From Chiloscyllium plagiosum (lineage: Eukaryota), in the NCBI RefSeq assembly GCF_004010195.1, contig NC_057718.1, forward strand, positions 22,730,303-22,794,302: 64,000 nt of DNA. The letters run 5' to 3'. This document shows positions 38,149 through 51,147 of the stretch, piece by piece. The notes beneath the pieces were generated by a model. The model saw only the letters and a program-made list of their open reading frames with translations, was not told the origin of the DNA and did no database searches. Within the stretch, counting starts at the first letter, position 1. Every line of letters starts with the position of its first letter. Position numbers and translations under genes: made by a program.

Positions 38149-39647
38149 GTAAGGCAACAGAACATTTTGGTCATTGCAAACAAGTCACAAAAAATCCATC
38201 GTTTTGTTTTGCAAACTGTAGGTACTACTTATGTAAATTACAAATTCCATTCCAAGAAACAAGCTGAAAGCCTAATTCATTCCCAGAAGACGGTTCTAAC
38301 TCTCAATGTCTAGCCCAATTTTGTTCGATTATATTACCCAAACTATTTAACCATATTCATTGGTCAATAATTTATTTTGCTTAAGTTATAGAGTTTGTCA
38401 TTTTACAGCCCAAGTTGTACAGTCGTGAGCTGGGTTTTTCATAAGACTGACTCTGATTCTGTAGCCTACAGCAGTTTACTGGATATTGCCTTGGCATGAT
38501 TAGCAGGCAGCAATTTAATCAATGGATTCTGTCAACACTAACAAAATGTAGTTAAAGCAAAGATCAAATAGATAAACTCCATCATCTGAAACCCAGTATT
38601 CGATTATAGGCCTATTATCACAATTATTAGTGTACACAAAGAACTGACATGAGGATTTTATTCCACTGTGGACATTTTCTTTGTGCTGTTGACAAGTCTC
38701 CACGACTCACATATCATTGGTGAAACAAGAGATTTACCTGGTGATATTAACAAGTCTGATAGAATCACTGCATTTGTATTAAGATGTGTTTTTTTTTTGC
38801 TTAGCCTGTTCCTCAGAAAAAGACGATGGTCAATATGTAGCATATCTTTCAGAAAAACCTACTCTTGTATGAAGACTACACACAACTGTCTGCCGAAGAT
38901 CCATTCCAAATATTTAGATTTCGGCAGATATTACAGTTTTATAAAGTAAAATTGGGCTTCATGCTATGAGCTTTCACATTTTGGATTCTATTGTATTTTT
39001 AATCTTTAGTATTTTTTTGAAGTTTACAGTGAGTAATGGTTAACAGATCACAACAGTGGGATTCAAAAATCATTTCAGACTACTGTCAGGATCAGAAGTT
39101 TTAAAAGTAAATTTATTAGAAAGATTTATTATTGACCTTAACTTGCTTAGAATTATGGGGTTTAAGATCTCTGACTGTCAGTGATTGAGGGTAACTCTTA
39201 CGATAAAGTCCATTTATTTATAGATGTTAGCTGGGGTTTGGCATTCTTTTCATTCAGGTACAGCATGGGTTGGGGCAGCAAACAGTATAAGTCAGAATGT
39301 TTTAACTCATTCTGTTACAGTTAACTTTTGTAGTATCTGAAAATGAATAGTCACTGGCTAACCTCAGCTTTTTCAATTCAAATACTAACATTCTGTGTGG
39401 TTAAAATAAATTTAGTCACGAGTTTAAAGGTGTTTGTCTGCCAGTCCTTCCAAAGCAAGAATTTTTTTCTCATAATTACGTTAAGAAATGGGTGAAACAG
39501 CCCAGCAATGAAAAGAGTCGTGAGCAATGTATTTCTTTCTACCATGCTTAATTTTTCTTCTTGAGTTCTCTGTTGGAAGGCAGGTCAGACCAATGTTGCC
39601 ACAACCCCTACAATGGGTACAGCAAGGTGGCAGTTCCTAAATCCAGA

Positions 39648-39775
39648 TAAAATCAAAATATTGCAGATGCTAGACATCTGAAATAAACACCGAAAATGTT
39701 GGAGAAACTCAGCAGGTCTGGCAATATCTGAAGAGAAACATGGTTAATATTTTGAGTCCATCGTGACTCTTTTTC
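39648..39775 (-). mobile_element. Penelope-derived family B-like fragment
   Basis: GCAGATGCT..GAAACTCAGCAGGTCTGGCA body shared with 61141. Confidence 0.55.
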
Positions 39776-39873
39776 CAAATGCACCCCAGAATAAGAAGTT
39801 GAAGTCCACAACCAACTGACAACTACCCAATTCCCCCACCCAAAAAAACTCAGAGTGTTGGGGTAACATTCAC

Positions 39874-40138
39874 TTTAGATTACCTACAGTATGGAAACAG
39901 GCCCTTCAGCCCAACACATCCACACCAACCCTCCAAAGAGTAACCATCCCCCTACCCTGACTAATGCTATTGGACAATTCAGCATGGCGTGCAAATCCTT
40001 GGATTGTGGGAGAAAACCCACATGGACACGGGAAGAATGTACAAACTCCATACAGACAGTCACCTGAGGTAGGAATTGAACCTGGGTCCCTGGTGCTGTG
40101 AGGTAGCAGTGTTAACCACTGAGCCACTGTGCTGCCCA
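39874..40138 (-). mobile_element. HE1-type V-SINE
   Basis: tRNA head at the right end, V-domain, CR1-type tail. Confidence 0.88.
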
Positions 40139-40574
40139 CATGTATGCTGTTGCCTGGATCTGTGGATAATGATGGCAAGGACTCCAATTTCATTCCATCA
40201 CATGGCTGACCATGAGTCTGTTCCACTTTAAACTCCTGCCATTGGTGTGTGTTGGAAGTATTCACCAGTTGATACTCAACCTGTTTGGCCACATTGTGAA
40301 TGCACTGTTGGACATCAATTCTTTAAGCTTTACTTGAACCCAGAGTTCTGGCTTAGAGATGCTACCCACTGCATCTCAAGATCACCATCCAGAGCATTAA
40401 ATATTACATTTTACTGTAAAATTGTACCACTATTAATTACTTTTCTACTGTTAAGTAATCTACTGGATAGTTGAAGCCTACACAGAGTATAGTCTGAGCA
40501 AAATGGTTTAATGGGGGCACAAGGTATAGAAATTAATGGCACAGCAATCTGAATATTTTATTCACAATATTTTA

Positions 40575-41405
40575 GTTATAGAATCATAGAGATGTACAGC
40601 ACGGAAACAGACTCTTCGATCCATGCCGGCCAGATATCCCAACCCAATCTAGTCCCACTTGCCATTACCCGGCCCATATCCCTCCAAACCCTTCCTATTC
40701 ATATACCCACCCAGATGCCTTTTAAATATTGCAATTGTACTAGCCTCCACCACTTCCACTGGCAGCCCATTCCACACATGCACCACTCTCTCACCCTAAA
40801 CCTATGCCCTCTAGTTCTGGACTCCCCCACCCCAGGGAAAAGACTTTGTCCATTTATCCTATCCATGCCCCTCATCATTTTGTAAACCTCTATAAGCCTC
40901 AGCCTCCGATGCTCCAGGGAAATATGCCCCAGCCTATTCAACCTCTCCCTATAGCTCAAATCCTTCAACTCTGGCAACATCCTTGTAAATCTTTTCTGAA
41001 CCCTTTCAAGTTTCACAACATCCTTCCAATAGGAAGGAGACCAGAATTGCACGCAATATTCCAACAGTGGCCTAACCAATGTCCTGTACAGTCGCAACAT
41101 GACCTTCCAACTCCTGTATTCAATGCTCTGACCAATAAAGGAAAGCATACCAAACGTCTTCTTCACTATCCTATCTACCTGCGACTCTACTTTCAAAGAG
41201 CTATGAACCTGCACTCCAAGGTCTCTTTGTTCAGCAGTATTCCCGAGGACATTACCATAAGTGTATAAACCCTGCTAAGATTTGCTTTCCCACATCTAAA
41301 TTAAACTCTATCTGCCACTCGTCAGCCCATTGGCCCATCTGATCAAGATCCTGTAATCCGAGGTAACCTGCTTCGCTGTCCACTGCACCTCCACTTTTGG
41401 TATCA
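40575..41405 (-). mobile_element. HER1/CR1 LINE 3' fragment
   Basis: ORF 40699-41214. Confidence 0.92.
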
Positions 41406-41748
41406 TTCATTCACAATATTTTACCCATGATCAGGGCATGAGAAATTTGGCTTGAAGATGATAGGAGAAAATCTTCTAAACTAGTCCGCAACATGGAGCT
41501 GAATTTTACATTGCAAAAGTGAGACTACCATAGTCACGTGGAATTATGATATCTGGCACAATGACATAATTAAGACAGAACACTGTAATATGGGTGAGTG
41601 AGCCCCAAAATCAGCAGTCTGTTTGTCATTTTGAAATTCATAAAACCATTTTAGCAAGTCAGTCATCTGATTGATACAGTCACAATGCTTTAATAAGGTG
41701 GATGCATATGATTTATATCTAGTTGGGCTCTGGCGATGCAGTGGTAGT

Positions 41749-41832
41749 GCTTATGCCCGAAACATCGATCCTCCTGCTCCTTGGATGCTGCCTGACCTGC
41801 TGCGCTTTTCTAGCAACACATTTTTCAGCTCT
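41749..41832 (+). mobile_element. Penelope-derived family A fragment inside a tRNA-like SINE head
   Basis: GCTTATGCCCGAAACATCGATCCTCCTGCTCC... Confidence 0.7.
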
Positions 41833-42619
41833 CTATCTGTGAGCCAAATGATCTGGGTTCAAGTCCCACCTGCTCCAGAGGTTCACAATAACACCTGGAA
41901 ACTGCTTGGTTATAAAATATCTGAAACACGCCTGGTGTGAATCCGGGTTTCTTTTTCAGTGTGTCATGAACAGGGCATAAAGGCAGTGGGCATGTGCCGG
42001 TTTTAACAGCAGAGTCTGCTGACTGTTGTTTAGAAAATCTTTGCCTTTTGTAAACCTATAATTCTAATCAGGACTATCCCTTAAGCATAGGTCCAAGAAC
42101 TTGCAATGTCGTCATCTCTCAGCGCACTATTAATGGTGAGGATTAGTGTTCCCTTTGAGCATTGTATATTCCTCTTAATGTACCTCCTCCACTGAGGAGG
42201 AGAAGGGCCTGGAGGTCAGCTGACACAGACAAATGAATGTGATTTGGATGGACGTGTGAAAGCTGCTGAGGATCATGGGGCTGCAGAGTGGAAGCAGCAA
42301 GAGGCATCCAGCCGCAGGAGGAATCCATCTCTCATCAGCAGTTTGGTACAGTGCAAATGTTACCAGCAGATATTGCCTTTCATGGGACACTGTCACCTCA
42401 TTTGCTCGTCTCTCTCATCTTTGCATTAAACAGTCGAATATTTAAGATATGCCAATCTCTTTGGTTCAGCACGAAACAAGCTTAACCTTCTTGCGTCAGG
42501 TCATAAACCAGTCTGCAGTTAAATAGTGACAGCAAGGGAGTGCAAAATGGGATTTTGGTGGCCAGAAAATTAGAGTTGTCATGTCATTCAGCCACACTTA
42601 TCGCCTTATCTTTTTGTAG

Positions 42620-42750
42620 GTCCCTCTGGTTATTTTTAAGCGAGAGAAAGAGGTTGCCAGGAAGTTGGAGTTTGATGGGTTATACATCACTGAACAACCT
42701 TCAGAGGATGACATCAAGGGACAATGGGACAGGCTGGTCATAAACACACA
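42620..42750 (+). CDS. RYR2: RYR2 exon (~95), [44 protein letters not shown]
   Basis: TAG|GTCCCT...ACACA|GTGAGT, 131 nt. Confidence 0.97.
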
Positions 42751-42829
42751 GTGAGTATTCGACATTGGGTTTTGTATGTAATTCTGTTGGTTCGTTCTTA
42801 TGAGTCTGGTGGGGGGGGGGGTGGGTGGT

Positions 42830-43433
42830 AGCGATGGTGGTGGTGTCATTTGACTAGCAGTCCAGAGTCTGTCATGGCAAACATTGAGATCACACTACAT
42901 CTGGTGGTGGAATTCAAATTCAAAGAATAAATCTGGAAAATAAAGCTAGTTTCAGTAATGGTGATCACAAAAGTATCATCAGTTGTTGGTAAAAACCCGT
43001 CTCATTCCCATTTGCCATACGTACCTGATCTGATTTACATTTAAACCCACAACAATGTGGTTAACCTGTAAATATCTTCTAAAATGCTCTAGCAAGACCA
43101 TTTTGTTCATGCTCAACAAGGTATTGGTGACACACTGTCCTTGCCAGCAATGCCTGCATGCCAGGAAAGAATAAAGAAAAGAAACGATGGAGGAAACATT
43201 ATGGAGAAATATAAGGTTCATGGCCTACATCCAAAGATGTGCAGGTTAGGTGAATTGGCCAACTTAAATAGCCCAAAGTGTTCAGGGATGTGTAGGTTAG
43301 GTGCATTCGTTAGGGGTAAATGTGGAGTAATAGGGTAGGGGAATGGGTCTGGGTGGGTTACTCTTCAGAGGGTCGGTGTGGACTTGTTGGGCCAGATGGT
43401 CTGTTTCCACACTGTCAGGATTCTATGATTCTA
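42830..43433 (+). mobile_element. tRNA-headed SINE (42830-43180) followed by an HE1-type 3' half (43231-43433)
   Basis: Similarity to other copies in the window. Confidence 0.75.
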
Positions 43434-44009
43434 TATCTATTCTATTTGGAATCGGCATGAAATGCAATCCTGTCAGTGTGAACCTTGCCATCAGTGTGAG
43501 AGCCAGCAGAATTCCACACTGTCTCCTTTGGGGAAGGTCTGCCCAATTATGTGCAGTAATAAGTGGCCGGCAGTGAGTATTCCCCAGTATCCACGATATT
43601 GTGGACAGAAATCTTCACCTTCCCCTCAAAACAGTCTGCCCAGATCCAAGGGTAACAAGTAGCCATCTCATTACAATCAGCATCACTGAGAAGGTGGTGA
43701 TAGCTGCTTACATTCCACAGAATGTAATTGCATCAACAAAGGTTCGGGCTTTATATCTTCAGCATTATTCTGATTAAGATTAATCACAAAAGGATATTGT
43801 TATGGTTTGGTTAACTAATTGCTCTGCCTTCACTTCACCTGCTAACTTGGAATGTGGGTGCCTGGATTGGAGGGGAATAATGTGGCAAACTGACCAAGGG
43901 AATAGAGGTCACTCTGGCTGAGGACCATTATAAGAGGAGCCTTCCAAAAGGTCTATGGTTGGACATGGTAGAGAACTCATGGATGACAACATGTTGTAGA
44001 TAAAAGATG

Positions 44010-44164
44010 AAAAATGTGTTGCTGGAAAAGCGCAGCAGGTCAGGCAGCATCCAAGGAGCAGGAGAATCAACGTTTCAGGCATAAGCCCTTCAGGACCTGC
44101 TGCGCTTTTCCAGCAACACATTTTTCAGCTCTGATCTCCAGCATCTGCAGTCCTCACTTTCTCC
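44010..44164. mobile_element. Penelope-derived family A palindromic element
   Basis: Perfect 16-bp TSD TTGTAGATAAAAGATG at 43994-44009 and 44165-44180. Confidence 0.85.
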
Positions 44165-44877
44165 TTGTAGATAAAAGATGCCTAATGAAGTAACTTCAAA
44201 TTATGTACTGTTGTGAGATTGTGCTTTAGAAGTTCTCCCACATGTTGCCATGCCCATCTCAACCTTTAGCATTGTGCTGCCAGTGGCCTTGCCTTATCAA
44301 TGTTCTGTTTCAGCTTCATTTGCTTTTTTGGGGTGATAACTGTACCTCTAGTTCCAATATTACCTGCAAATGTTGTCATCACTCCTCTAAGACTATGATA
44401 ACTCATTGATTTCACAATGAATGAAACTGACTCCAGAGTTAAGCAATTTGGAACCCATGCACCTATCTCCATACCACATCCACAAATCCAGTTCCTTGTT
44501 TTCTCCCTTCTCATCAATTCACAATTTCATTTTCAGACCTCCTGCGATTTCATTACTATTAATGTTTTCCATTTATCTTCCATGTGTCACTTTGTCAGAG
44601 GCTTTCCTATAGTTCATGTCTTATTACCATAGCTCTATTTATTTAAAATCAACATCTGTTGCAGTCATAGGCTGAATTGACGTAAGGTTTACAATCAATA
44701 ATTTCTTCAATGCAGGTATGAAAATACAAAGTAAAAGATCAGAGTAAAATAACCTTGATGATCAGACTAGGGTCCTGACATTATTATGATTCAAAATTTA
44801 ATTCAGCTGAGTTTTATTCAGTGTGTAAATCAAATATGACATTGAACTATCCTTAGGAACTGCCTCTTTATATCTTT

Positions 44878-45082
44878 GATGTGGAGGTGCCAGTGTTGGA
44901 CTGGGTTGGATAAAGTCAAAAATCACACAACACCGGGTTATAGTCCAACAGGTTTATTTGAAGCCACAAGCTTTCAGAGGCCCCCTTCCTTCCTCAGGTA
45001 GTTAGGAACGGGTGGGGGCTCTGAAAGCTTGCCATGCCAGATAAACCTGTTGGACTATAACCTGGTGTTGTGTGAGTTTTGT
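44878..45082. mobile_element. Penelope-derived family C palindromic element with - strand hammerhead (44965-45000)
   Basis: TCACACAACACC..TTATAGTCCAACAGGTTTAT inverted arms; - strand TAC-CTGAGGA..GAAA-GC-TT-GTG. Confidence 0.78.
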
Positions 45083-45540
45083 CTTCACATCTTAATTCAA
45101 TATATTATTTTATTGACAATGCTTATGCATTAACCTTCTCTGTTGCCGTCTTAGGGAATTCCATGAGGTTGGGAAGATGATTGCCTCTGTTTTAAGTCTA
45201 TGCTGGCTACTTCAAACTAGTTACTTTTCATTTTGTTTTCATTATTGCTCAGTAAAATTTTCCCTTGCCTCGGTGGTTAGCTGGATTAGTTCTGTCTCCC
45301 TTTTTAAACATTTGTACTGCATTGGCCCTTCTCCAGCAGCCTGGCACATTTTCACATCTCCAACTGCTACTGAAATTTTGCCTTTTCATTAATAGTGTGG
45401 TCCAAAGCAAGACTGTATTCTGTTTCACCCTCGCCTGCCTCTGTACTCAGCTGGAACAGCAAAATTTGTCTTTCTCTTATTTGCATGATATGCCAGAACC
45501 AAGAGATGTGATTACTAATAATTCTGTCCTCCTCTTTCAG

Positions 45541-45583
45541 ATCATTCCCTTATAACTACTGGGACAAGTTTGTGAAAAGAAAG
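45541..45583 (+). CDS. RYR2: RYR2 exon (~96), SFPYNYWDKFVKRK
   Basis: CAG|ATCATT...AAG|GTAAAG, 43 nt. Confidence 0.96.
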
Positions 45584-46427
45584 GTAAAGAGCAGATTCAA
45601 ATTTTCTGTAATTTTTCTCGCAGCCTACACACACGGCAGTCAAATAAGTGTGTTGGGAGCTTGCTGGTCAGCTGATCATTCTGGCTGTGGAGTGGCTTCC
45701 CATAATTTTGAGTGTTTGGCCTCATTTAGTTTCATGAGATGAGGTGAAAGTGCCAAATGGGTGTCTTGATGCTTTGATTCAACTCACCTGAAAATTAGGC
45801 CAGCAATTCTATCAGCCATGTAAATTTGGATAGGACTGGGGACAGATTGTATCTGATCTTCTGAGGCCCACAAACCTCGTCCTTCATTGGCCTCTTCTCT
45901 TCCACTATCTGGTGTTTACATGGCTCATATTGTAACCAGGTCCCGCCTAAAATGGCAATTGGAGCATTACTTTTATCAATGGACCCAGACTTTCATACTT
46001 CATGTGGTCTATCTCCTGACACCTTGCACACTTGGTGGTGGACCCTGTCTAAAATTGAGCTGGTGCTAATGAGGTGATCAGGTTATGACCTTAATTTCAA
46101 CCTGTAGTCTACCCATTAATGCAATATGAAAGCAGTGTAAATCCACCACACTGATGCTCACATGGTCGTTAACTCAGCATTAATTTGAAATTGGCATGTA
46201 TCCAATAAGCCAGTTCATTCAAAGGATGATAGTTTTCATAAAACATTCATTGCAATGTTGTAACTTTCAAGGCATTAGTTGTGGTAATTGGTGAAAAAGT
46301 TTGAAAACAAGTCAGTTCAGCTGATAGTAAATTTGAAGAAAAAAAATCACTGTTAGCATTGCCGCTTGGGATGTTTGACAAGTATTTATTTAAGTAGTTA
46401 CCTGGCATTACAGAACTTGAGTATTGC

Positions 46428-46630
46428 AAAAAAATGAAACATTCTTGAAACTTTTCATATTACACTCATCAGGACAGATGCAAGAATGCCAAATTTCAAA
46501 GGGAGCAACAGTTTATATAGCTCCTTTTCCTCTTGCATTTATTGCTGCTTCTTTGCAATTTTGCATTCTTGCATCTGGCCTGACAAAGGACAAGATGAAA
46601 ATCTTCAACAGAACATCACTTTTTTTTCAG
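46428..46630. mobile_element. Penelope-derived family D palindromic element, decayed hammerheads
   Basis: CAGATGCAAGAATGC / GCATTCTTGCATCTG arms; - strand GTC-CTGATGA-GTGTAATAT-GAAAAGTTTC. Confidence 0.6.
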
Positions 46631-46944
46631 CAGGCATTTGTTCATTTCTTTACTGTGCTGCCTAACTGAAGTCTTTCACTGAATTATTTTAAACAAATTA
46701 ATGAGGGAGGGAAAATTTCATTTGAACAAATGCAGCATTTGTAAAACAATCTGAGAAACATTTAGCTGAATAGTCATCTACATGAGGCCAATGGCTTTAG
46801 AGTACACCATCATATTCTGTTAAATACCTGTCTTTGTAAATATTCCACCACTGAGCAACCAGACTTTGTTAAATCTTGCCTCTCATTGCCTTTTTATCTA
46901 ACACAAAAGTCCTTTAATTAACAGTTTATCTTGCCTTCCTGTAG

Positions 46945-47078
46945 GTTATGGATAAGTATGGTGAATTCTATGGGAGGGATAGGATCAGCGAACTGCTGGG
47001 AATGGATAAAGCTGCTTTGGATTTCAGTGATGCTCAGGAGAAGAAGAAATCCAAGAGGGATAACTCCTTCTCTGCAGT
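46945..47078 (+). CDS. RYR2: RYR2 exon (~97), VMDKYGEFYGRDRISELLGMDKAALDFSDAQEKKKSKRDNSFSAV
   Basis: TAG|GTTATG...GCAGT|GTGAGT, 134 nt. Confidence 0.97.
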
Positions 47079-47742
47079 GTGAGTAGTACTTACGTCCAAT
47101 CTACGTATCACGACGGAGTTGTGTAAGTGTAAGCACTCATTGATTCATGGCTTGTAGCCTGAATTCTAAAAGTGAGACGTATTAGGACGGGGTGATTCTT
47201 TACATTCCCCACCCACAAATCCCATTATGACATTCCTGTCCGATTAGAGTTCACCCTCCGATGTTTTCAACCGTGTTGTCCACAAATCAAGCCATTCCAG
47301 AGATCTAACAGTGGTCTAACCTTCCAATGCCATGATGTAGGAGTCACAGAATTGGGCCCTGCCCTCCATCTTTAACAATCATCTTCTTCTGTTCCCACAC
47401 GGATGGAGGTATAAAAACCCAGTTCATTGTTTCTTGATGCACTTGTGCACAGCAAACCAACTAACTTGCACGGATCTTACAAATAGGAGTAGCTGTTCAG
47501 TGTATTGATCCCATTCCATCATTTAGAGAGATCCTGGCTAAACTGTGACCTAACTCCACATACTTAACTTTGTACAATATCCATTAATGTCATTGGTTGT
47601 ATCAATATCACTTTTAAATGAGCATTTGTGGGTCTATATCAATTGCTGTTTACAGCAGATAGATGCAAACTGCTACACATCTTTGTGTATAGAAGTGTTT
47701 CCTAATGTCCTCACTGAAATGTCTAATACTAATTTTTAATTA

Positions 47743-48065
47743 CGGAGGCACTGTGGATCAATGGTTAGCATTGCTGTGTCACAGCACCAAGGACCCGGAT
47801 TCGATTCCAGCCTTGGGCGTGTGGTTTGCACATTCTCTCTGTGTCTGTGTGGGTTTCCTCTGGGTGCTCCGGTTTCCTCCCATAATCCAAAGCTGTACAG
47901 GTCAGTTGAATTGGCCATTCTACATTGTCCACAGTGTTCAGATATGTTGGGTGCATTAGTCAGCAGTTAAATGTAGGGCAATGCGTCTGGGTAGGTTACT
48001 CTTCGGAGGGCTGGTGTGGACTTCTTGGGCAGAAGGGCCTGTTTCCACACTATAGGGATTCTATG
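47743..48065 (+). mobile_element. HE1-type V-SINE nested in a decayed - strand CR1 (~47480-48400)
   Basis: tRNA head, V-domain, GGGATTCTATG tail. Confidence 0.85.
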
Positions 48066-48414
48066 AACCTATGCCTCGTGGTTCTACATTCTGCAACCAG
48101 TCTGTTCCCCTTAGTGGCCTGAAAACCTTGTTCAAATTTCCCATTAACTCATACAAAATTCCGGGGATGAGAACTCTCATTTTCAATTTCTCCTCGTAAT
48201 CTAACACTTGGGGTCCAGGTAATCTTCTGATAAATTTACCCCTAGGTCAATATTTCCTTCCTCAGCGGTAGTGCGAAGAACTGTCCAAAATATTCAAGAA
48301 TGTTCTAACTAAGGCTCTATATGGTTTAAAGATGACTTCTAACCCCATATTTTCTAATTCTGTAGGTATAAAACTCATACTTTGTCAGTCTTTTCGATTT
48401 CATTTCTAACATGC

Positions 48415-49453
48415 GAGATGGCAAATAGTGGGGATAAATGAGTTTTTTTGTGGTTGGCAATCAGTGACTAATGGTGTGCCTCAGGAATCAATGTTGGGAC
48501 CACAATATTCACAATTTACATAGATGATTGGAGTTGGGGATCATGTGTAGTGTGTCAAAGTTTGTGGATGACACTAAGATGAGTGGTAGAGCAAAGTATG
48601 CATTGAACTGTGAAACCTTGCAAAGGAACATAGATAGTTTAAGTGAGCGGGCAATGGTCTGGCCGATGGAGTACAATGTTAATAAATGTGAAGTCATCTA
48701 TTTTGGTAGGAATAACAGTAAAAACGATTATTACTTGAATGGTAAAAATTGATGAATGCTGCTATGCAGAGTGACCTGGGTGTCCTTGTGCATGAATCAC
48801 AGAAGGTTGGTCTGCAGGTACAACAGGTAATTAAGAAGGCAAATGGAATTTTGTCTTTCATTGCTAAAGGGATTGAGTTTAAAAGCAGGGAGGTTATGTT
48901 GCAGCTGTACAGGGTGCTGGCGAGGCTGTACCTGCAGTACCATGTGCAGTTTTGGTCTCCTTACATGAGTAAGGATGTATTGGCACTGGAGGGGGTGCAA
49001 AGGAGTTTCACTAGGATGAGGGGGTTGGCTTATGAGGAGAGATTGAGTAGACCAAGATTATATTCATTGGAATTTAGAAGAATGAACAGGACCTTATAGA
49101 AACATATAAAATTACAAAGGGAAAAGTTAAGACAGTAGTTGACAGGGTGTTTCCACTGGCAGATGAAACTAGGACAAGAGGGCATAGCCTCAAGATTAGA
49201 GGGTGCAGATTTAGGACTGAATTGAGAAGGAATTTCTTCACCCAGAGGGTTGTGAATCTATGGAATTCTCTACCTACTGAAGTAGTTGAAGCTTCCTTTT
49301 TGAATGTTTACAAAGCTAAGATACATTTTTTTGAACAGTAAGGAATTAAGGGTTATGGTGAGCCGGCAGGTAAGTCCATGAAAAGATCAGCCATGATGTT
49401 ATCAAATGGCAGAGCTGGCTCGAAGGGCCAAATGGCCTACTCCTGCTCCTAGT
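48415..49453 (+). mobile_element. CR1 LINE 3' ~1 kb
   Basis: ORFs at 48528-49341 (FVDDTK, RTRGHSLKIRG). Confidence 0.92.
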
Positions 49454-51147
49454 TCATTCCATTGCATTTTGATGATCTACATGAATGAATTGCTAAATAT
49501 CTAGCTAGTGATCATTTGAACAATTCTAGTTGGGACCAATAGAAGGAAACTCATACTTTCATATTCCACGAGTTGTTCAATGAAGAAACCCAATAAAATT
49601 TCAATTTAGTGGTGACTTGGCAACTATGTTTCCCAAAATTACACAGCTGGAGTTAGCCTTGTGTCATGGAGAGATTGATTAATGTGATTTTAAAAAAGTT
49701 ACTGATTCTTGGGATGTGAGTATCGTTTGCAAAACCAGCATTTATTGTTCTTCCCCTAATTTCCCTTTGAGGAGTTGGTGTTGAGCTGACGTTTTGAACA
49801 GTCTTCACTCTGTCTAATTTAGGTTCACACCCACAATGCTTTTGGGGAGGGCTTTTCAGGATTTGAAGGAATGGAGACTCCTCGAGGGTCTGTGATTTGG
49901 AGGGAACCTAACAGCTGGTGGCTCTTCCATGCATCTGCTGATTTTGTCCTTCAAAGTGGCAGAAGTCATGGATTTGAAAGGCGCTATAGAAAGGGTCTTG
50001 GCATGTTGCTGCTGTGCTTCTGTAACCACTGCATGGCAGTGTTGATGGGAGTGAATAATTACGGTGCTGGACGGATTACCTTTCAAAGGGGCTGCTATAC
50101 TGCATTAACTATTTTGAGTGTTCCTGGATCTGCACTCATTCAGGTGAGTGAGGATTTGTGTCTTGTCAAGGAGAGCTCGAGTCACTTGCTGCAAAATGCC
50201 CTCAGAGGCAGTGTTTCCAATGTCAATGCATGATGCAACTGCCACAATCGTAAAAGGTGAAGTAACTGGATATGGCATTTTTCTCTCACAACTCCTATAT
50301 TTCTGTACCATAGTTTATGTCCTCCAAAGTAGCCAGGACATTAATTTCATCAATGATTGGTAAAGAACAATTCCTCATTCTCCATCATCTTTGGATATGA
50401 TTCAAAAGCTACATTCCTTCCTACTTTAATTATCATTGAGTCATACAGCACATGAAGGCCCTCCAAGTCTGTACCAACCTTTGAACACTGCTTCCACTTT
50501 CCAGCACTTGGCCCGTAGCCTTGAATGTTATTTGTCATTCTAAATAGAGTAGCTTAGTGTTGGTACCATCTCTGCTGTCAGCACTTATGTTCAAACTCTA
50601 AGGAATGATTGTGACATGCCCTTGGTTACTTTTGAGATTCTTTGCCAGTTGAAGGTGATGATATGTACAGAACAGCAGAAGAGGAGTGCTCTGTAATCAC
50701 AGTAGGGTGGGCTGGGGCATGAACATTAGCAAAAACAGGCTGACGATGTTGACAGGATCACTTGTGTGCTCTGTGCAGGAACAGAAGTCAGCACGGGTCT
50801 GTCTTTTGCCTGACAGGAAAGAATAAAACAAAAGGAAAAGATTTATTTTCCAGTCAAGGCAAATGATGAAATAGTTTACAATTAACCAACAGCTCGCAAG
50901 AAATTTGCGTGTTAACCAACTGCCAAAGTGAATCTAATGAGACGTAGATTGTTATAGTTGTTCACACAGCATTACATCGAATATCTGACATATACTTTGA
51001 TGTGAATGTTCAAAGAAATTTTCAGTTATTCGAATTCTGCCGCAGTAAAAGATTCTGCACCAAATCTGTCTCAGCCTGCCACAAATCTCCAATTCTCCCT
51101 GATCTTTGGATCCTTCCCCAACATATTATGGCTTTAGCTCTCTACAG

